Positions 20,790-30,080 of a stretch of DNA of 64,000 nucleotides are shown here, piece after piece; position 1 is the stretch's first letter, and each line of letters starts with the position of its first letter. Where the stretch lies: contig CALUHI010000031.1 in assembly GCA_944320405.1 (NCBI GenBank), forward strand, positions 2,031 to 66,030, given 5' to 3'. The DNA is from an uncultured Eggerthellaceae bacterium (GTDB lineage: Bacteria; Actinomycetota; Coriobacteriia; Coriobacteriales; Eggerthellaceae). Under the pieces are notes generated by a model. That model saw only the letters and a program-made list of their open reading frames with translations. It searched no databases and was not told where the DNA came from. A program made the position numbers and the translations under genes.

Positions 20790-21725
20790 GTGAACATCGA
20801 TTACCTGAGGGAATTCACTGAGCTTGCGAAGCACCTGAACTTCACGGAGACCGCGCGCCTTCTCAACATGAGCCAGCCCACTTTGAGCAAGCATATCAGC
20901 CAGCTCGAAAAGGAACTGCGCCTCCAACTGTTCCATCGCATGGGAAACACGCTGCGCCTCACGAGAATGGGCACCACGCTTTTGCCGTACGCTTATCAGG
21001 TGATTGACGCGCAGAACGACTTCACTGCGAAAGTGCTTGAACTTCGCAAAGCGCCTCCGCCGCGCCTTACTATTAGCGGCCTTACCGACGAAGGGCCTTC
21101 GACAGAGGTTCTGGGCTTTCTCATTTCCATTTTGAGCGAGCAGTACGGCTCCAGTTTCTTGGAGGTGAAAAGCCAGTACAACCGTCGCCCGGTTGAGATG
21201 CTCGCGGCAAAGGAAGTGGATATCGTTTACGATCCTGCTCCTACGGAGGAAGGGCTGGACACCGACCTTGTCGAAGTGCTCCACATCTCTGATCTTCATC
21301 TGGTGGCGATAGTCGATTGCGGGCATCCGTTGGCGAAGCAAGAATCTGTAACAATGGACGAACTCCGTGCGGAGTCGCTCCTGAAGTTCGAGGGCCTGTA
21401 TCTCTCGCGTTCTTGGAGCTATATCGAAGACGCGTGCCGCAATCATGGGTTTACTCCGCACGTACGATCATTCCACTGCATCAGCATTGCGGAGTTGTTT
21501 TCGACTTGCACTAACCTCGGTACGTCGGTGCTTGTAGTGGGTGCGAACTTCGGCAATCGCATTCCTTCGGGCATCAAGCCTTTCTGCAAAGTGCTTCCCA
21601 TCGTTGACGAAGATGCGGTCGTGCCGTTCTTCTTCATCTACCGCAAAGACAACAACAACCCTGTCTTGAAAGATGCGGTCAGGATTATCAAATCCATGCC
21701 GCATCCGCCTCTCCATTTCGAATAG
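20790..21725 (+). CDS. LysR-family transcriptional regulator
   Basis: wHTH FTETARLLNMSQPTLSKHISQLEKEL plus a substrate-binding domain. GTG start. Confidence 0.85.
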   Translation: MNIDYLREFTELAKHLNFTETARLLNMSQPTLSKHISQLEKELRLQLFHRMGNTLRLTRMGTTLLPYAYQVIDAQNDFTAKVLELRKAPPPRLTISGLTDEGPSTEVLGFLISILSEQYGSSFLEVKSQYNRRPVEMLAAKEVDIVYDPAPTEEGLDTDLVEVLHISDLHLVAIVDCGHPLAKQESVTMDELRAESLLKFEGLYLSRSWSYIEDACRNHGFTPHVRSFHCISIAELFSTCTNLGTSVLVVGANFGNRIPSGIKPFCKVLPIVDEDAVVPFFFIYRKDNNNPVLKDAVRIIKSMPHPPLHFE

Positions 21726-21928
21726 GGGGTATGCCGAAAGTATCAAGAAGGCCCGCATGATTGCTATTTCAGTCATGCGGGTCGTTTTTCCTAAACTTCT
21801 AGCTGAGTTCGTGGCGAACGTGGGTGGATCCACTTCCTTGGGGGAGGAGATGGCGGTGCGTTCCGGGGTTCGCCGCAAAGGGAAACGGCATGTTGCTCGC
21901 CGTCTGTTTTCAGCAGAGGAGGAGGAAA

Positions 21929-23611
21929 ATGGAAGGCAAGGAATACACGATTTCCGAGATTGTCGATTCGTTCGGCATCACGAAGCACACCTGGCTCATT
22001 TTCATCATGCTGTCGTTGGCTCAGGTTTTCGATGGCTACGACTTCATGATCGTCAACTCAACCAATCTGTTCGTGGCGCATACGTTCTGGCCTGACAACC
22101 CCAACCCGGGTGCCCTGATGGGCTCGCTCACCACGTGGGGCCTGCTGGGCATGGTTATCGGCGGCGCTGCTGGCGGCGTTCTGTCCGACAAGTTTGGCCG
22201 TAAGAAGATCCTTATTCTCGCGGTTGTCTTCTACGGTCTGTTCACGCTTCCTCAGGCGTTCTCTGAGGATCTGATGCACTTCGCTATCTTCCGCATGATT
22301 GCCGGTTTGGGCGTTGGGTCGTGCATTCCGATCGTTTACACCTATTTGTCTGAGACGATGCTCTCAACCCGTCGTGGCTTTTTCATCACGTGCGCGGGCG
22401 CTTTCATGGTAGGCGGCTGGGTCATCGCTGGCTTGGTAGCCAATCCTATCTGCAACTCAACGGCTCAGCTTCTGCCGGGTCTGACCGAGCAAGTCACCTA
22501 TGTTACGGCTGATGGAAGCACGGCGACGATGTATGCTAACTGGCGCTTGTGCTACCTGATCGGCGGCTTGCCTGTTCTTTACGGCATCTTCCTGGCTTTC
22601 AAGATGCGCGAGACTCCGCACTGGTACGCAAATGCGGGCCGCCGCGAGGAGGCCGTCAAGGCACTTGCCGACATCGAACGGCTTTCCGTGGGCACTACGA
22701 CGGAGTATGACCCCAAGCTTCTGGTTGTTCCGCCGCGCCCGCAGAAGAATTCTCCGAGCATCCTGTTCTCCAAGAAATTCATCGTTGGAACTGCTGCAGT
22801 TTGGACATGCTGCTTCGTTGGCCAGTTCTGCGTGTACGGCATGAACTCTTGGCTGCCGGCATGGTTCACGGGCATCGGTTATTCCGCATCCGATTCCGTG
22901 ACGCTGCAGACGCTCAACAACGTAGGCGCCATCATCGCGAACTGCATTATCGGCTACGTGTCTGATACGTTGGGTCGCAAGCGCGGTCTCATCATCTCGT
23001 GGATCTTGTGCATCGTGGCGATCGTGGTCTGCTCGCTGTTCGTCGCACCGGGCAACTTCGCGCTTTGCGTTGGTTTGATGGTGCTGTTCGGTTTCGCTCT
23101 CAACTTTGCAATCTCTGCAATTTACCCGCTGATGCCTGAGCAATATCCTACGGCCATTCGCAACACCGGTACTGCCTGGTGCAACGCGTTTGCGCGCTTT
23201 GGCGGTTCCGCGTCCTCTATCGTGCTGGGTGGCATTGCTGGTATGTCTATCTTCCAGACGGCTGCCGGAACCACCAATTGGTCGCTAGTCGTGCTGACCC
23301 TCATTATCCCGTTTGCCTTGGGCTTGCTGTGCACGTTGCTGTTCGTGCGCGACACGTACGGGAAGTCCATGGAGGATCTTACCGGTGATACGCTGGACGC
23401 AAGCGATACCGGCATTGTTCCGTTCGCGCTGATACTGATCATCATCGTGCTGCTGTTTGCGCTGTGCATCGTTTGCCCGCTTGCTGTGGCAAATTGGTCG
23501 AAGCTGCCCGTTGCCCTGCCGCTGATGGCGATCGGTCTGGTTCTTCCGTTTGTTTTCTTCTTCATCTTTGCTGGACCTCAGGCGATTCGTATGAAGAGGG
23601 AAGGGAAGTAG
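21929..23611 (+). CDS. MFS transporter (metabolite:H+ symporter type, with C-terminal extra TM segments)
   Basis: Motif A GGVLSDKFGRKK and multiple TM segments. Start moved to ATG 21929, behind GGAGGAGGA. Confidence 0.85.
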   Translation: MEGKEYTISEIVDSFGITKHTWLIFIMLSLAQVFDGYDFMIVNSTNLFVAHTFWPDNPNPGALMGSLTTWGLLGMVIGGAAGGVLSDKFGRKKILILAVVFYGLFTLPQAFSEDLMHFAIFRMIAGLGVGSCIPIVYTYLSETMLSTRRGFFITCAGAFMVGGWVIAGLVANPICNSTAQLLPGLTEQVTYVTADGSTATMYANWRLCYLIGGLPVLYGIFLAFKMRETPHWYANAGRREEAVKALADIERLSVGTTTEYDPKLLVVPPRPQKNSPSILFSKKFIVGTAAVWTCCFVGQFCVYGMNSWLPAWFTGIGYSASDSVTLQTLNNVGAIIANCIIGYVSDTLGRKRGLIISWILCIVAIVVCSLFVAPGNFALCVGLMVLFGFALNFAISAIYPLMPEQYPTAIRNTGTAWCNAFARFGGSASSIVLGGIAGMSIFQTAAGTTNWSLVVLTLIIPFALGLLCTLLFVRDTYGKSMEDLTGDTLDASDTGIVPFALILIIIVLLFALCIVCPLAVANWSKLPVALPLMAIGLVLPFVFFFIFAGPQAIRMKREGK

Positions 23612-23650
23612 TTTTCTCTGACATATCTGCGGGGCTTGCCGCCTTGTAGG

Positions 23651-23703
23651 AAGGGGTTCGATTCGCCGAATTAGGCGCGTCGAACCCCTTTCCTTTGCAT
23701 TTT
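23651..23703 (+). terminator. Intrinsic terminator after the MFS gene
   Basis: aaggggttcg ... cgaacccctt (10-bp stem, 20-nt loop) followed by tcctttgcatttt. Confidence 0.6.
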
Positions 23704-23743
23704 GGCAAAACGCTCATTCTCCTTGCGAATTCGAAATAACATA

Positions 23744-23770
23744 TGTAAGATAACATACACGTGTAAGATA
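23744..23770. promoter_or_regulatory. AT-rich region with the direct repeat tgtaagata (x2, 18-bp spacing) and near-palindromic tgtaagataacataca. Candidate operator/promoter for the downstream TetR gene.
   Basis: Repeats at 23744-23752 and 23762-23770. A -10-like cataat lies at 23801. Confidence 0.3.
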
Positions 23771-23890
23771 AATTATGTCATGCATAAGCAACTGATCTGG
23801 CATAATGCGCTGCTCGTACTGCGGGGACGATAGTTTCATGCTTTACGGGATGCGGAACGCGAATGCAAAGAAGAAAACGGGGAGGGGCTT

Positions 23891-24430
23891 GTGGACAGGC
23901 GCATAGAGAAAAGCCGCGCAGCGTTCAGGAAGGCCCTGGAAGAGCTTGCTGCGCAGAAGGATTTCGAGAAGATCACCGTCAGCGAGATCTGCGATCGAGC
24001 CAACATGAGTCGTCCGGCGTTCTACGACAACTACCGCAGCAAGCAGGCGTTGCTCCACGATGTGATGCTGCGTCAGTTGGAGGGTTTCGCTCAAGCGGGT
24101 GAAACGTCCTGCGCGTTGTTTTTCGAGGAAGCGCTCCGTGTGGTGCGCAACAGCTCGGTGCTGCAGCGCAACGTGGCGGCTCGCAGTGTGGGTGGCGAGT
24201 TGATGGCGGCGCTGGACAACCTGTTCATCCGCTACGTCGGGTACATGGTGGAGCGTAACGGATGGCGCCAGCGCGACAGCCGCATCCCTGCCGAGGCGGC
24301 GCTGGTGTACGTGGCGCGCGGCTTGGGCGGTGTCATGGATCTTTGGATGCGCGGCGGTTGCGCCGAAAAAGAAAGGGACGTCGCCCAGGCGATGGCGCGC
24401 TTGGTGGAGGGGGCGTACCAAACCGCATGA
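23891..24430 (+). CDS. TetR/AcrR-family transcriptional regulator
   Basis: HTH ITVSEICDRANMSRPAFYDNYRSKQALL. GTG start, behind GGGGAGGGG. Confidence 0.8.
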   Translation: MDRRIEKSRAAFRKALEELAAQKDFEKITVSEICDRANMSRPAFYDNYRSKQALLHDVMLRQLEGFAQAGETSCALFFEEALRVVRNSSVLQRNVAARSVGGELMAALDNLFIRYVGYMVERNGWRQRDSRIPAEAALVYVARGLGGVMDLWMRGGCAEKERDVAQAMARLVEGAYQTA

Positions 24431-24529
24431 TGCTCGCCGTTGCGACGTGTTGCCGTTGCGCTGGGTGCTTGCTGAAATTAGTGGGACAATAGCCGCAAAG
24501 AGATGCGCCGAGGCTGCAGGGAGGTCGAT

Positions 24530-25621
24530 ATGCCGTTCTTCATCGTGCGCGACGACATCGCGCGGGTTTCCGCCGACGTTATCGTCAACGCTGCCAACAC
24601 GAATCTGAGGGCCGGCGGGGGCGCGTGCGGCGCGTTGTTCGAAGCTGCGGGAGCGGCCGACATGCAGGCTGCCTGCGACGCGATCGGCGGCTGCCCTGTG
24701 GGCAGCGCGGTGAGTACGCCCGCCTTTGCGCTGGATGCGAAGTGGGTCGTCCATGCAGTGGGACCCATCTGGCACGGTGGGCTTTCCGGCGAAGCTGACG
24801 CGCTGCGCAGCTGCTATCGCTGCGTGTTTGCCGAAGCCGTGCGCTTGGGTGCGCAGTCGGTGGCTTTCCCGTTGATCTCTGCTGGCATTTTCGGCTTTCC
24901 GGTGGACGAGGCGCTGGCGATCGCGCGCGAAGAAACCGAGGCGTTCCTGCGCAACCACGATAATGTGTCCGCCACGCTGGTGGTGTTCGACCGTGCGGTG
25001 ATGCAGGCGGGCAGCAGGCTGTTCGCCGAGATCGAGGAATACATCGACGACGAGTACGTGGATTCGAGCCCCTATGCGCGCGATTATAGGGCGCGTTTTG
25101 TCCAAGAATTCGACGGTTTCGTCGACCTTGCGGAAGAAGGCGACTTCCTTGCGCCTGCGCCTGGCATGGTCCAGGCGCGTGCGTCTTTTTCCGCAGATTC
25201 TGAGCCTGAATTGAGCGGATCTCCAGCTGCAACAATGGGTGGTCCCGGGGAGCTGGACGATTTGCTAGAGAATCTGGATGCCTCGTTTTCGGAAACGCTG
25301 CTGGCACTCATTGACGAGCGCGGGTTGGCAGACGCTCAGGTGTACCATCGCGCAAACCTCAGCCGCCAGCTGTTTTCGAAGATCCGTTCGAATGCAGCTT
25401 ACCGTCCCACCAAACCCACGGCGGTGGCGCTTGCCATGGCGCTTGAGCTCGACCTGAGGCAAACGCAGGACCTGCTGGGCCGTGCTGGCCTGACGCTTTC
25501 GCGCAGCAGCAAGTTCGACGTGATCGTGCGTTTCTTCTTGGAACGCGGCATCCACGATGTTTTCCAGGTGAACGAGATGCTGTTTGCCTACGATCAGCCG
25601 CTTCTGGGGTCGGTGGGGTAG
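24530..25621 (+). CDS. Macro-domain (ADP-ribose binding/hydrolase) protein fused to a C-terminal HTH-like domain
   Basis: Macro motifs VNAANTNLRAGGGACGA and VAFPLISAGIFGFP. C-terminal ~110 aa read LSRQLFSKIRSNAAYRPTKPTAVALAMAL. ATG 24530 lies behind GGGAGG. Confidence 0.8.
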   Translation: MPFFIVRDDIARVSADVIVNAANTNLRAGGGACGALFEAAGAADMQAACDAIGGCPVGSAVSTPAFALDAKWVVHAVGPIWHGGLSGEADALRSCYRCVFAEAVRLGAQSVAFPLISAGIFGFPVDEALAIAREETEAFLRNHDNVSATLVVFDRAVMQAGSRLFAEIEEYIDDEYVDSSPYARDYRARFVQEFDGFVDLAEEGDFLAPAPGMVQARASFSADSEPELSGSPAATMGGPGELDDLLENLDASFSETLLALIDERGLADAQVYHRANLSRQLFSKIRSNAAYRPTKPTAVALAMALELDLRQTQDLLGRAGLTLSRSSKFDVIVRFFLERGIHDVFQVNEMLFAYDQPLLGSVG

Positions 25622-25733
25622 CGCGCAGCTCCCAGTAAGCCTCTTTCGCGGATGTCTCCTGGCGGTTTACCTTTGCCGATCCCGCGCAACGTAACCTTTT
25701 AGGTGCAGGGAAGCACCGGAAAAGGAGGTTGCC

Positions 25734-26486
25734 ATGAAGTACGAGAAGATCGGTCAGAGCTGCAGCGGAGCAGAAGATAAGTCCCGCAACGCTGCCGAGT
25801 GCGTGAGCGGCGCGCCCGAGGGCGCAAAAGCTGCGCATGTTCCGCCCCGCACCGAGATCGTGTTCATTTTGGACGCCAGTGGGTCGATGCATCATCTGAC
25901 CGACGACACCATTGGCGGGTTTAACGCGCTGCTGGACAAGAACCGCGACGAGCCGGGTGAGGCAACGGTGACCACGATCCTGTTCAATCACAAGGCGCGC
26001 ATCATCCACGACCGCATCGACATCCGCCAGGTGCCGCACCTCACGCGCAAGGAGTACTGCTGCGACGGCTGCACGGCGCTGCTGGATGCGGTGGGCGACG
26101 CTATCGAGCGAACGGATCTGGTGCAGAAGGTGCAATCGGTGGGATTCAAGGCCCAGAAAGTCCTGTTTGCCATCACCACCGATGGCATGGAGAACGCAAG
26201 CCGGCAGTTCAGCTACAAGCAGGTGAAGCGCCTGATCGAACAGCACCGCGCGCAGGGCTGGGAGTTCCTGTTCATCGGAGCGAACATCGATGCTGCCGCC
26301 GAGGCCGAGAATCTGGGCATCGCTCCTGAGTGTGCTGCGGGATACGTTGCCGACGACGTTGGAACCGATATGCTGTACCGCGCGGTGGGCGAAGCCGTAG
26401 CGAACGTCCGCGCCGCCCGCCCCGTGACGGCAGGCGCATGGAAAACGACGCTGGATGAAGACGTCAAAATGCGTGGCGGGAAGTAG
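25734..26486 (+). CDS. vWA-domain protein
   Basis: MIDAS IVFILDASGSM, TTDGMEN and FLFIGANIDA. Confidence 0.75.
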   Translation: MKYEKIGQSCSGAEDKSRNAAECVSGAPEGAKAAHVPPRTEIVFILDASGSMHHLTDDTIGGFNALLDKNRDEPGEATVTTILFNHKARIIHDRIDIRQVPHLTRKEYCCDGCTALLDAVGDAIERTDLVQKVQSVGFKAQKVLFAITTDGMENASRQFSYKQVKRLIEQHRAQGWEFLFIGANIDAAAEAENLGIAPECAAGYVADDVGTDMLYRAVGEAVANVRAARPVTAGAWKTTLDEDVKMRGGK

Positions 26487-26727
26487 CGGCATATCGCAGA
26501 CGATTGCGATTGGCGGCGACGTGCGCCTGATGGGGAGCGCGCAGCGAACCGGAGATGGGCGATCTGCTGCGTTTGCGTGGCGGACGGGGTACTATGTATG
26601 CAGCCGAACGGCGCTCTAATGGCATCCGGCCTGACCGAGCGCCGTTTCCCATCGAAAGAAAGCGCGGTGCGGCGTACACTGAGGTGGGTCCGCAAGCGGA
26701 GAACGCCGAATCACGGGAGGCATCGGC

Positions 26728-27576
26728 ATGCACAACGAGAAACGCCGGGAATATGAAGACGTCTGCTTCATCGGGCTCGCGCAGTGCGCCCACCCAGAAG
26801 ACGGCGATACGATCGCGCTCGTGGAACGCTACGTGCGCGAGGCAGTCGAGGCGGAATGCGATCTGATCGTGTTCCCCGAATGTCTCATGACTCCCTTTGA
26901 GAGCACGCCCGAGGAATTCCGCGCCGCTGCCGAGAAGCAGGGAGGCTCCTTTTGCCAAGCGGTCGACGCCCTTGCTGCCCGCTATGGGCTTTGGATCGTT
27001 TACACCATGAACGAGCGCAACGAAAACCCAGCACGACAGCCCTATAACACGGCGCGCATCGTCGATTCCGAAGGCGTATGCCGCGGCTTCTATCGCAAGA
27101 CCCACCTGTTCGACGCTCAGGGCAAGCGCGAAAGCGACCGGGTGAGCGCAGGCGACGAGCTCTTTGCGCCCATCGACACGCCGTTCGGGCGCATCGGACT
27201 TTCCATCTGCTATGACCTGCGCTTCCCCGAGGTGGCGCGCGCCGCCGCTGTGGCAGGCTGCGACATACTCATCAACCCCGCCGCCTGGGTTGCCGGCCCG
27301 CTCAAAGCCGAGCACTGGCAAGCCCTCCTGCGTGCCCGCGCCATCGAAAACGGGATGTACGTCGTGGGCGTGGGCCGGGTGGATCCTGCAGGCACGCCCA
27401 TGAGGCAGCGCAGGTTTGTTGGAAACAGCTGCGTGGTCGATCCGTTTGGCATCATCCACGAAAGCGGAGGCTTCTTCGACGAAGAGCTCGTGGTGGACGA
27501 GATCAATCTCGTCAACGTGCGCGAGGCGCGTGCCTTCATCCCAGTATTTGAGCACCGACGCCCCGAGCTGTACTGA
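26728..27576 (+). CDS. Carbon-nitrogen hydrolase (nitrilase superfamily)
   Basis: Glu-Lys-Cys triad contexts IVFPE, YRKTHLF and LSICYDLRFPE. Confidence 0.85.
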   Translation: MHNEKRREYEDVCFIGLAQCAHPEDGDTIALVERYVREAVEAECDLIVFPECLMTPFESTPEEFRAAAEKQGGSFCQAVDALAARYGLWIVYTMNERNENPARQPYNTARIVDSEGVCRGFYRKTHLFDAQGKRESDRVSAGDELFAPIDTPFGRIGLSICYDLRFPEVARAAAVAGCDILINPAAWVAGPLKAEHWQALLRARAIENGMYVVGVGRVDPAGTPMRQRRFVGNSCVVDPFGIIHESGGFFDEELVVDEINLVNVREARAFIPVFEHRRPELY

Positions 27577-27681
27577 CCTTCGGAACGGGGTGTCATGTGC
27601 CCGTTTGGCATGATGTTGCATTTGACGCATGAAAGAGAAACGAGCATGAAGAGCAGCGTTGGCATTCAGAAGGGGGCAGCG

Positions 27682-28464
27682 ATGGACAACACGGGGAAGT
27701 TCACCGGGAAGGGCGCAGTGTATGCAGCGGCGCGGCCTCGCTATGCAGAAGGGCTGCTTGAGTACCTTGCTAGCAAGGAAAGGCTGGAGCCGGGTGCGCT
27801 TGTTGCCGACGTGGGTTCGGGAACGGGGATCTTCTCGGAGCAACTGCTGGATGCCGGGTTGTGCGTAATTGGCGTGGAGCCCAATGCCGATATGCGCGCG
27901 CAGGCGGAACGCGCGCTGTGCGGCAGGAAAGGGTACCGATCCGTTTGCGGCACCGCCGACGCCATGGGTTTGCCGGATGACAGCGTTGACTGCGTGACGG
28001 CGGCACAGGCGTTCCATTGGTTCGATGCGGAGGCGTTCAAACGGGAGTGTCGACGCGTCTTGAAGCCCGGCGGTTTCGTGGCGATCGTCTACAACATGCG
28101 CGAGGTGGAATCGCCCTACATGCAAGCATTCGCGCAGCTTACACGGCGTTTCTTCCCAGCTTTCAAGGGTTTCAGCAACGGGCTTGACGAAGCGGAGCTG
28201 CCTTCGTTTTTCGACGGTCCATGCGACGTGAGATGGTGGGCCAACCCGCAGCTTCTCACCCGCGAGGCGTTTGTTGCACGAGCGCTGTCGTCGTCGCGTG
28301 CTCCGCGGGAGGATGACGCGAGCTACCTGCGGTACCTTGAGGAGCTGAATGCGCTGTTCGACCAGTTTGCCGAAGAGCGCCAGACGGAAAGCGGCTTGCA
28401 GAAGTTTCTGTCATTTTCGCTGCGCACGACTTTGCATGCGGGGAGGGTCGATGGCGATTTCTAA
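27682..28464 (+). CDS. Class I SAM-dependent methyltransferase
   Basis: Motif I VADVGSGTGIFS, AAQAFHWFD and LKPGGFVAIVYN. Start chosen at ATG 27682 behind AAGGGGG; upstream alternatives exist. Confidence 0.8.
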   Translation: MDNTGKFTGKGAVYAAARPRYAEGLLEYLASKERLEPGALVADVGSGTGIFSEQLLDAGLCVIGVEPNADMRAQAERALCGRKGYRSVCGTADAMGLPDDSVDCVTAAQAFHWFDAEAFKRECRRVLKPGGFVAIVYNMREVESPYMQAFAQLTRRFFPAFKGFSNGLDEAELPSFFDGPCDVRWWANPQLLTREAFVARALSSSRAPREDDASYLRYLEELNALFDQFAEERQTESGLQKFLSFSLRTTLHAGRVDGDF

Positions 28465-28690
28465 ACACGAGCTGGAGCTTCACCAGGAAGACCTGCTGGG
28501 TTACTCGGTGCAGGATGTGGCTTGCCACCAATGCGGATCATGCTGCGGAAGACGCGCCGGCCGCGTGCTGGACGGCAAGCCCCTCATCATGTGCACCCGC
28601 AAACCCGCCGCGCAGGAAGTGCTGGCAAGGTTGAAAAGCCGAAGGAGAACGGCGACGGGAGAGTGCCATGAGCAGAACAGCGAAAGATAG
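28452..28690 (+). CDS. Small Cys-containing hypothetical protein (79 aa), start overlapping the methyltransferase stop
   Basis: ATG 28452 overlaps TAA 28462-28464. Contains CHQCGSCC. No recognisable family. Confidence 0.3.
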
Positions 28691-28865
28691 GCCTTGGCAT
28701 CTTGGCGGCCAGCGCCACAAATGGCATATCTGCGCCAATCATGGTGCCCACGGCAAATTCACTACCGCCATGCGTCGGGCTCGCAGGCGTCAGGAGCAGA
28801 GGGAGTTACGCAAAACGGGAGACCCTCATCGAAAGAGCCGTTGGCGCTACTATTGGTTTGACTGA
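28668..28865 (+). CDS. Small, highly basic hypothetical protein (65 aa), overlapping the previous ORF's end
   Basis: Arg/Lys/His-rich (RRARRRQEQRELRK). The overlap suggests translational coupling. Confidence 0.3.
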   Translation: MSRTAKDRPWHLGGQRHKWHICANHGAHGKFTTAMRRARRRQEQRELRKTGDPHRKSRWRYYWFD

Positions 28866-28873
28866 GTCGTTGC

Positions 28874-29440
28874 CTACTCGCTAGCCGCATCCTCCGTATC
28901 GTCTTGGATGCTGCGCTGTATGCGGGCGGGGGATCCGAAGGCGATGGAGTTGGACGGGATGCTCTTGTTCACAACGGAGTTCGACCCGATGATCACGTTG
29001 TCGCCAATGGTGACGCCGGGGAAGATGGTGCAGTTGGCTCCGATCCACACGTCGCGACCGATCTTGATGCCCTGGGCGCGGCTGGTGAACCCGCGCCGCT
29101 CGCCCGGCTGCTTCGGGTGATCGACGGTGGTGATGACGCACCCCGGCGCGATCATCGTGTGGTCGCCGATCTCGATAGGCGCGGCATCGATGAACGTCAC
29201 GTTCGAGTTGATGAACACGTGGTTGCCGATGAAGATGTTCTTTCCGCTGACGAAGCTGACAGACTCAAGGAAGTAGAGGTCCTCGCCGACGGCGCCGAAC
29301 ACGGTGCGCAGGAAGGCGATCTGCCCGTCTTCGCTCTCCCAAGTTCCGTTGTTGATGCGGTCAAGCTTGCGCCGCACGTCCTGGCGCTTCTCGAACCAAC
29401 CGGGGTATTTCAGGCTGAAGGTTCTGGGCTCAGTGGTCAT
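28874..29440 (-). CDS. Hexapeptide-repeat sugar O-acetyltransferase (Maa/LacA-like)
   Basis: Left-handed beta-helix repeats (IGDHTMIAPGCVI, IGRDVWIGANCTI, IGDNVIIGSNSVV). Start moved to ATG 29440. Confidence 0.85.
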   Translation of the reverse strand: MTTEPRTFSLKYPGWFEKRQDVRRKLDRINNGTWESEDGQIAFLRTVFGAVGEDLYFLESVSFVSGKNIFIGNHVFINSNVTFIDAAPIEIGDHTMIAPGCVITTVDHPKQPGERRGFTSRAQGIKIGRDVWIGANCTIFPGVTIGDNVIIGSNSVVNKSIPSNSIAFGSPARIQRSIQDDTEDAASE

Positions 29441-29491
29441 GGGTGGGGTTCTTTCGGGTGGGGGATGTTGCAACTCGTTTTGCCGCAAGCG

Positions 29492-29698
29492 CTACTTCTT
29501 GCGTGGGTGTTGTTTTTCAGCCAGTCCGAACACCGCTGCGAACAACGCAGCGACAACGAACGCAACGCCTTTTAGCGCCTTCAGCAGCACGATGCCGGCT
29601 ACGTAGAAGCCGCGTTTGATTTTGTCTTTTTTCGACAAGCTATCCCAGGGGTCGTTCTTCCAATTGGAAGGAGCGGAGGGGACATTCGGATCGGCCAT
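29492..29698 (-). CDS. Small membrane protein (one TM segment)
   Basis: 68-aa ORF with hydrophobic GFYVAGIVLLKALKGVAFVVAALFAAVFGL. Confidence 0.4.
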   Translation of the reverse strand: MADPNVPSAPSNWKNDPWDSLSKKDKIKRGFYVAGIVLLKALKGVAFVVAALFAAVFGLAEKQHPRKK

Positions 29699-29927
29699 TG
29701 GTCAACCTCGAAAAAACGTGGAAGCATTTGCGATCATCATAATATGCCTGCTGGGTGCTGCCCGATACGTATTGCAACAATCATTTTATGGTGCAATCTG
29801 ATCCAGCATCCCAAACGCTTGTGTATTACCAAGACCACGCAGTTTCGTTTTTCGAAGGAACCGTCGGCGTCGACATGTCTGAGGCATCGAAGCGCTTTCT
29901 CATCGAGATTCCGGTGGGAGGTAGCAT

Positions 29928-29971
29928 GCTACAAATGAGAAAAGGGGTTTGCCCCTTTTCTCATTTGTAGC
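29928..29971. other. Perfect 20-bp stem / 4-nt loop hairpin in an AT-rich gap at the left edge of the defence island
   Basis: gctacaaatgagaaaagggg-tttg-ccccttttctcatttgtagc. It is not downstream of any convincing gene. The core aaatgagaaaa...ttttctcattt resembles the hairpin at 5918-5954. Confidence 0.7.
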
Positions 29972-30080
29972 TGCGCAGGCTCTTCTCACCGCGTTCTCAC
30001 CATGGGCGACATGTTGTAAAATGTGAGCTCGGGGCATGAATAAAGCCCTGGCATCTCTTTCTTATCTCGAAGGAGCCTGT

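Noticed and set aside
23651-23690. ggttcgattc looked like a tRNA T-arm
   Set aside because: It is the left half of a 10-bp terminator stem (aaggggttcg/cgaacccctt) right after an MFS gene. No acceptor or anticodon arms are present.
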